The position numbers and the translations under genes are program-made. Positions 18,492-21,261 of a stretch of 21,261 nucleotides of DNA are shown one piece after another. The notes under the pieces were generated by a model, which saw only the letters and a program-made list of their open reading frames with translations, was not told the DNA's origin and searched no databases. Position 1 is the first letter of the stretch. Each line of letters opens with the position of its first letter. This DNA is from an uncultured euryarchaeote. Its GTDB lineage: Archaea; Thermoplasmatota; Poseidoniia; Poseidoniales; Poseidoniaceae. Location: positions 1 to 21,261 of the forward strand of contig CALBRH010000061.1 in the NCBI GenBank assembly GCA_937899865.1. The letters run 5' to 3'.

Positions 18492-18890
18492 TCAATACTG
18501 AGGGGGTTGTTGAAACTGTTGTTGCATCATAGGTTGTTGCATTTGTTGCATCATAGGTTGTTGATATTGTGCATCTATGAGTGCTTGAATATCATTTCTA
18601 AGTGCATTTGCTTTCCCTTTATTCATGCCATGAATTTGTAAAACATTTGTTCCACCAGTTGTATCAACGGTTACCAAATCCCAAAGCAAACCTTTCTTTA
18701 TTCTGACAGAAGATATTTGTCTAGCATTCATTCTTTCTTCATCAGATAGCCAAAACAAGATGACACCTCTGCGATCAAAGGTTGTAATTCCGTTCCCGTC
18801 TACTGTTATTGATTTTGGAAAAAACAATTTAGCCCACCAATGAAATGTACATATTGCCCAAAATCTACTCTGCTGGTATTTACCTGGCAT
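18492..18890 (-). CDS. Small protein with a bacterial PH-like domain and a Gln/Pro/Met-rich C-terminal tail
   Basis: 132-aa ORF. The beta-rich core (ITVDGNGITTFD...ISSVRIKKGLLWDLVTVDTTGG...IHGMNKGKANALRNDI) resembles bPH domains; the tail is QYQQPMMQQMQQPMMQQQFQQPPQY. Confidence 0.65.
   Translation of the reverse strand: MPGKYQQSRFWAICTFHWWAKLFFPKSITVDGNGITTFDRRGVILFWLSDEERMNARQISSVRIKKGLLWDLVTVDTTGGTNVLQIHGMNKGKANALRNDIQALIDAQYQQPMMQQMQQPMMQQQFQQPPQY
18519..18563. repeat. 21-bp direct repeat (period 24) encoding the QQPMMQQ tail
   Basis: TTGTTGCATCATAGGTTGTTG at 18519-18539 and 18543-18563. Confidence 0.9.
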
Positions 18891-18939
18891 GAATCTTCTA
18901 AAGGTTTAGCATATTTTGAATTAACTCAAGAATATAATG

Positions 18940-19043
18940 CAATTCAAAGGGGGGCCCTTTGTATCGTATACGATAACAAGGGTACCGTTTGAAACGCCAC
19001 TGTTTCAGAGGGATACCCATTGAAACGGGTAGGATTCAAAGGG
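18940..19043. repeat. Cluster 2: tandem array of 3.5 degenerate palindromes, period 30-31 bp
   Basis: CAATTCAAAGGG-ggg-CCCTTTGTATCG-tata / CGATAACAAGGG-ta-CCGTTTGAAACG-ccac / TGTTTCAGAGGG-ata-CCCATTGAAACG-ggta / GGATTCAAAGGG; unit starts at 18940, 18971, 19001, 19032. Confidence 0.85.
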
Positions 19044-19045
19044 AA

Positions 19046-20275
19046 TTAGTATTCTACTTGATTGGCATTGATTGTGATGTCATATTCGTAGAGCCCCTTC
19101 TTACTATTTCGCTTGCGTATTGTGTTAATGATTGGGGTGCCATATCCCAACTCCCTCATCATTTCTGCTAGCAATAAATGGGTAGGGACATGAACACCAT
19201 AAAATAACGAGTTTCCCACGATGTAGTGGAGAGTTGCATTAGGTGTTAGCAACTTTTTCAATGATTGTAGGTGCAAGTACATATCATGAAAATACTTGTG
19301 AACATACTTGGCCATTAGATGTGGATTTTTCTTTTCATTTTTCTCTCCTACACATATAATTTCGGATTTCAATTTCTCAATTTCAAGACGTTCTGGTAGT
19401 GTAATTATTGGTTCCCAATCATTTAGTTTCGAGGTGGCTACCCCCCATGTCCCACCAACGCATTTCCAATCCAATTGTCCTGCCTCAGAAGGTTGATCAA
19501 GAAATTCAGTCCAATACATGAATGGCCGTAATTCTCGAAGGTAAGACATCCTGTTGCAATATGGTGGTGAAGTTATCACGAGGTTGTGGGGTTCCAGTAC
19601 CACCGAAAAATTGGTACTGTCATCAAGAATGACACGTGACGAACTAGGCAAGGAAATGGATAGGCCAAGGGACATATTGCTCAGTGCATCATCAGCCAAT
19701 TTCTTGAAATCATCTGTAGAAAAATTTTCCGCACCCTTTCCAAATGAAAGTGATTGGTGATTCCGCTTGATATTAGACATTGATTCGACAAGTTGCAAAT
19801 GAGCACACGTCAATAGTTTGTATTCGTCCTTACTTTCCTTGGATACTACATTATTCAGATACCAGCGCATTTTCCCCAATAACAAAACTGTTTTTTTTGT
19901 CCACCATCGGTCAATATTATGCATCTTTGGAACGATTTTTTTTCGAGAATTAGACAAGGCATACTCAATGACAGCAGACCAAGTGCTGGATAATTTATCT
20001 GAACCAATATCACTGTAGTCTCCTAATTTGAGATTGCCTAACCAATGGAGGAATGGATTAATTTCAATTGCTATCGAACTGAATCCCATACTGGCAGCTG
20101 TGAGAGGCGTTGTTCCAGTGCCCGAGAATGGATCCAGCACAGAATAATTTTCTGAATCGTATTGTTCAAGTATTCTACCTACCAATTCTCTTGAGTAGGC
20201 AGGGGTCAGTGTGAACCAATTGTGCCTTGGGATTGACTTGTTGGCCTTGAAGGTTAAATCACTCCTCTGTTGCAT
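19046..20275 (-). CDS. Site-specific amino-DNA methyltransferase, alpha-class motif order, probably N4-cytosine
   Basis: Motif I DPFSGTGTT (from D48) precedes catalytic motif IV ITSPPY (S236). SPPY is typical of m4C MTases. C-terminal 'IVGNS...HVPTHLLLAEMMRELGY' also fits. Confidence 0.9.
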   Translation of the reverse strand: MQQRSDLTFKANKSIPRHNWFTLTPAYSRELVGRILEQYDSENYSVLDPFSGTGTTPLTAASMGFSSIAIEINPFLHWLGNLKLGDYSDIGSDKLSSTWSAVIEYALSNSRKKIVPKMHNIDRWWTKKTVLLLGKMRWYLNNVVSKESKDEYKLLTCAHLQLVESMSNIKRNHQSLSFGKGAENFSTDDFKKLADDALSNMSLGLSISLPSSSRVILDDSTNFSVVLEPHNLVITSPPYCNRMSYLRELRPFMYWTEFLDQPSEAGQLDWKCVGGTWGVATSKLNDWEPIITLPERLEIEKLKSEIICVGEKNEKKNPHLMAKYVHKYFHDMYLHLQSLKKLLTPNATLHYIVGNSLFYGVHVPTHLLLAEMMRELGYGTPIINTIRKRNSKKGLYEYDITINANQVEY

Positions 20276-21050
20276 TTAATCCCAACCTTGTATGAAGATG
20301 CCCCAATATTCTTTCACGTAGAGTCGAACCTACACGAGAGAATGCAGCCTCTAAGTCATAGTCCAAAAAGTCATTGATAAATGCGTAGGGGCAAGACCCA
20401 GCATTTCCTTCTGAACCAGATGCCGGAACAAGTACTGGTAACCCACTCGCTCTGTAGTTTCGTATCACACCTCTATTGTAACTGTTAGATGCGATTACGA
20501 CAACGCCAAGTAATCCTTCTTCGCGTGCTCTAGATACAATTTCTGTGTCACCAGCAACACGCTTAGAATCTGCACTTTGATAGCCCTGTCGAATTTCAAA
20601 TACAATCCCCCGAAATTCCTCAATTGGGGGTGGTTCACCCATCATTGATGCGATTTCGTATAGTTGTCTTTGCTTATTTGCATCAGTAATCATGTCACGT
20701 CGGATAAGTAAATCCAATTCACGGTTATGCCCATTTGAAGAAACAAAAGTCCACTTCAATTCATCTGGGTTGGAGCAATTTATCCAATCTTTACTTACTG
20801 AAATTAACCTAAATAACCGTTCAATACCAACCCCTAATTGTCGATATACCGAAGTCATCACTGAACTTCCGGCATGTGCAGTGTAAATGGTAGGGTCATT
20901 TAGACCAACAATGGAGTATAATGGGTCGTTATTCCTTGTTTCAACCCAATCGGCGAGCGAAACCCCTCTACCCCCACCAAACTTCGGCAAAGAATCACTC
21001 GCAAGGATGGGGTCACATATACATTCAATCAATTCAGCATCCGTGACCAT
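20259..21050 (-). CDS. Putative Type II restriction endonuclease (PD-(D/E)xK-like), cognate to the MTase
   Basis: Start reassigned to ATG 21050 (263 aa) because the track's longer start runs through the repeat cluster. The gene overlaps the MTase start by 17 nt. Candidate catalytic residues lie in ELDLLI...FEIRQGYQSADSKR, with a preceding helix TSVYRQLGVGIERLF. The function call rests mainly on linkage to the MTase. Confidence 0.6.
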   Translation of the reverse strand: MVTDAELIECICDPILASDSLPKFGGGRGVSLADWVETRNNDPLYSIVGLNDPTIYTAHAGSSVMTSVYRQLGVGIERLFRLISVSKDWINCSNPDELKWTFVSSNGHNRELDLLIRRDMITDANKQRQLYEIASMMGEPPPIEEFRGIVFEIRQGYQSADSKRVAGDTEIVSRAREEGLLGVVVIASNSYNRGVIRNYRASGLPVLVPASGSEGNAGSCPYAFINDFLDYDLEAAFSRVGSTLRERILGHLHTRLGLNATEE

Positions 21051-21140
21051 GTCAAATCGAGAGAATGACACTTGATAGTAATGACGGTGTGCGGTATTCA
21101 AATTAATCGATAGAATGCAAATGAAATAATCGAACCCTAC

Positions 21141-21254
21141 TATTCGCAAGGGTCTATCCCAATACCCATTGAAACGGGTTTGCAATTTCAAAGGGCTTTC
21201 AGTCCGTCCTTCGATAGGCTACCCTTTGTATCGAGGGGTATACGAAGGATTGAC
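21141..21254. repeat. Cluster 3 of the 12-bp box (6 copies), including a long imperfect hairpin at 21202-21254
   Basis: Boxes at 21141(rev), 21165, 21184(rev), 21207(degenerate), 21222 (exact CCCTTTGTATCG), 21238(rev, degenerate). ATACCCATTGAAACGGGT at 21162-21179 is identical to 19013-19030. Confidence 0.8.
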
Positions 21255-21261
21255 AATGCTT

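Noticed and set aside
19002-19026. CRISPR-repeat-like 25-mer GTTTCAGAGGGATACCCATTGAAAC (GTTTCA...ATTGAAAC ends, internal hairpin)
   Set aside because: There is only one full copy, no regular repeat-spacer alternation and no cas genes; it is better explained as one palindromic unit of the 12-bp box family.
18940-19043. Archaeal replication origin (ORB/mini-ORB repeats)
   Set aside because: CCCATTGAAAC only loosely resembles TTCCAnTnGAAA, there is no orc1/cdc6 in the window, no long AT-rich unwinding element, and the boxes are split over three gaps by cargo genes. Not fully excluded.
21051-21191. 47-aa N-terminal extension of the REase ORF in the track
   Set aside because: It starts at a TTG inside the repeat cluster and reads through non-coding-looking sequence; ATG 21050 is more plausible.
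18348-21261. Canonical integron attC sites
   Set aside because: I found no RYYYAAC after the stops paired with a distal GTTRRRY, and there is no integrase in the window. Only the architectural analogy is retained.

Overview
Low-GC archaeal chromosomal window. Archaeal origin is inferred from GAGGTGA-type Shine-Dalgarno sites, TATA-like promoters, an XPD helicase and very acidic giant surface proteins; it is most consistent with marine Thermoplasmatota such as Marine Group II/Poseidoniales. Left to right: an edge-truncated SRPBCC protein missed by the ORF track, a small CxxC Zn-finger protein, two co-oriented secreted membrane-anchored acidic proteins (about 974 aa; and 2973 aa with Ca-binding repeats, a transglutaminase-like domain lacking its catalytic His, Ig-like repeats and a DUF4129-like tail), a hypothetical gene, an XPD/Rad3 helicase, a GC-rich foldable intergenic element (candidate ncRNA), a tandem ribbon-helix-helix protein, a TerB-like protein and gdhA. 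Directly after gdhA an accessory region begins: a PH-like gene and a putative Type II restriction-modification pair, all on the minus strand. Each intergenic gap there holds a cluster of one degenerate 12-bp box (consensus about CCCTTTGWAWCG, about 19 copies, both orientations). In one gap the boxes form phased palindromes about 31 bp apart, and exact 12- and 18-bp direct repeats bracket the gene modules. This cassette-like architecture, with non-attC and non-CRISPR sites, is the most unusual signal in the window. All analysis was by eye; no searches were run.
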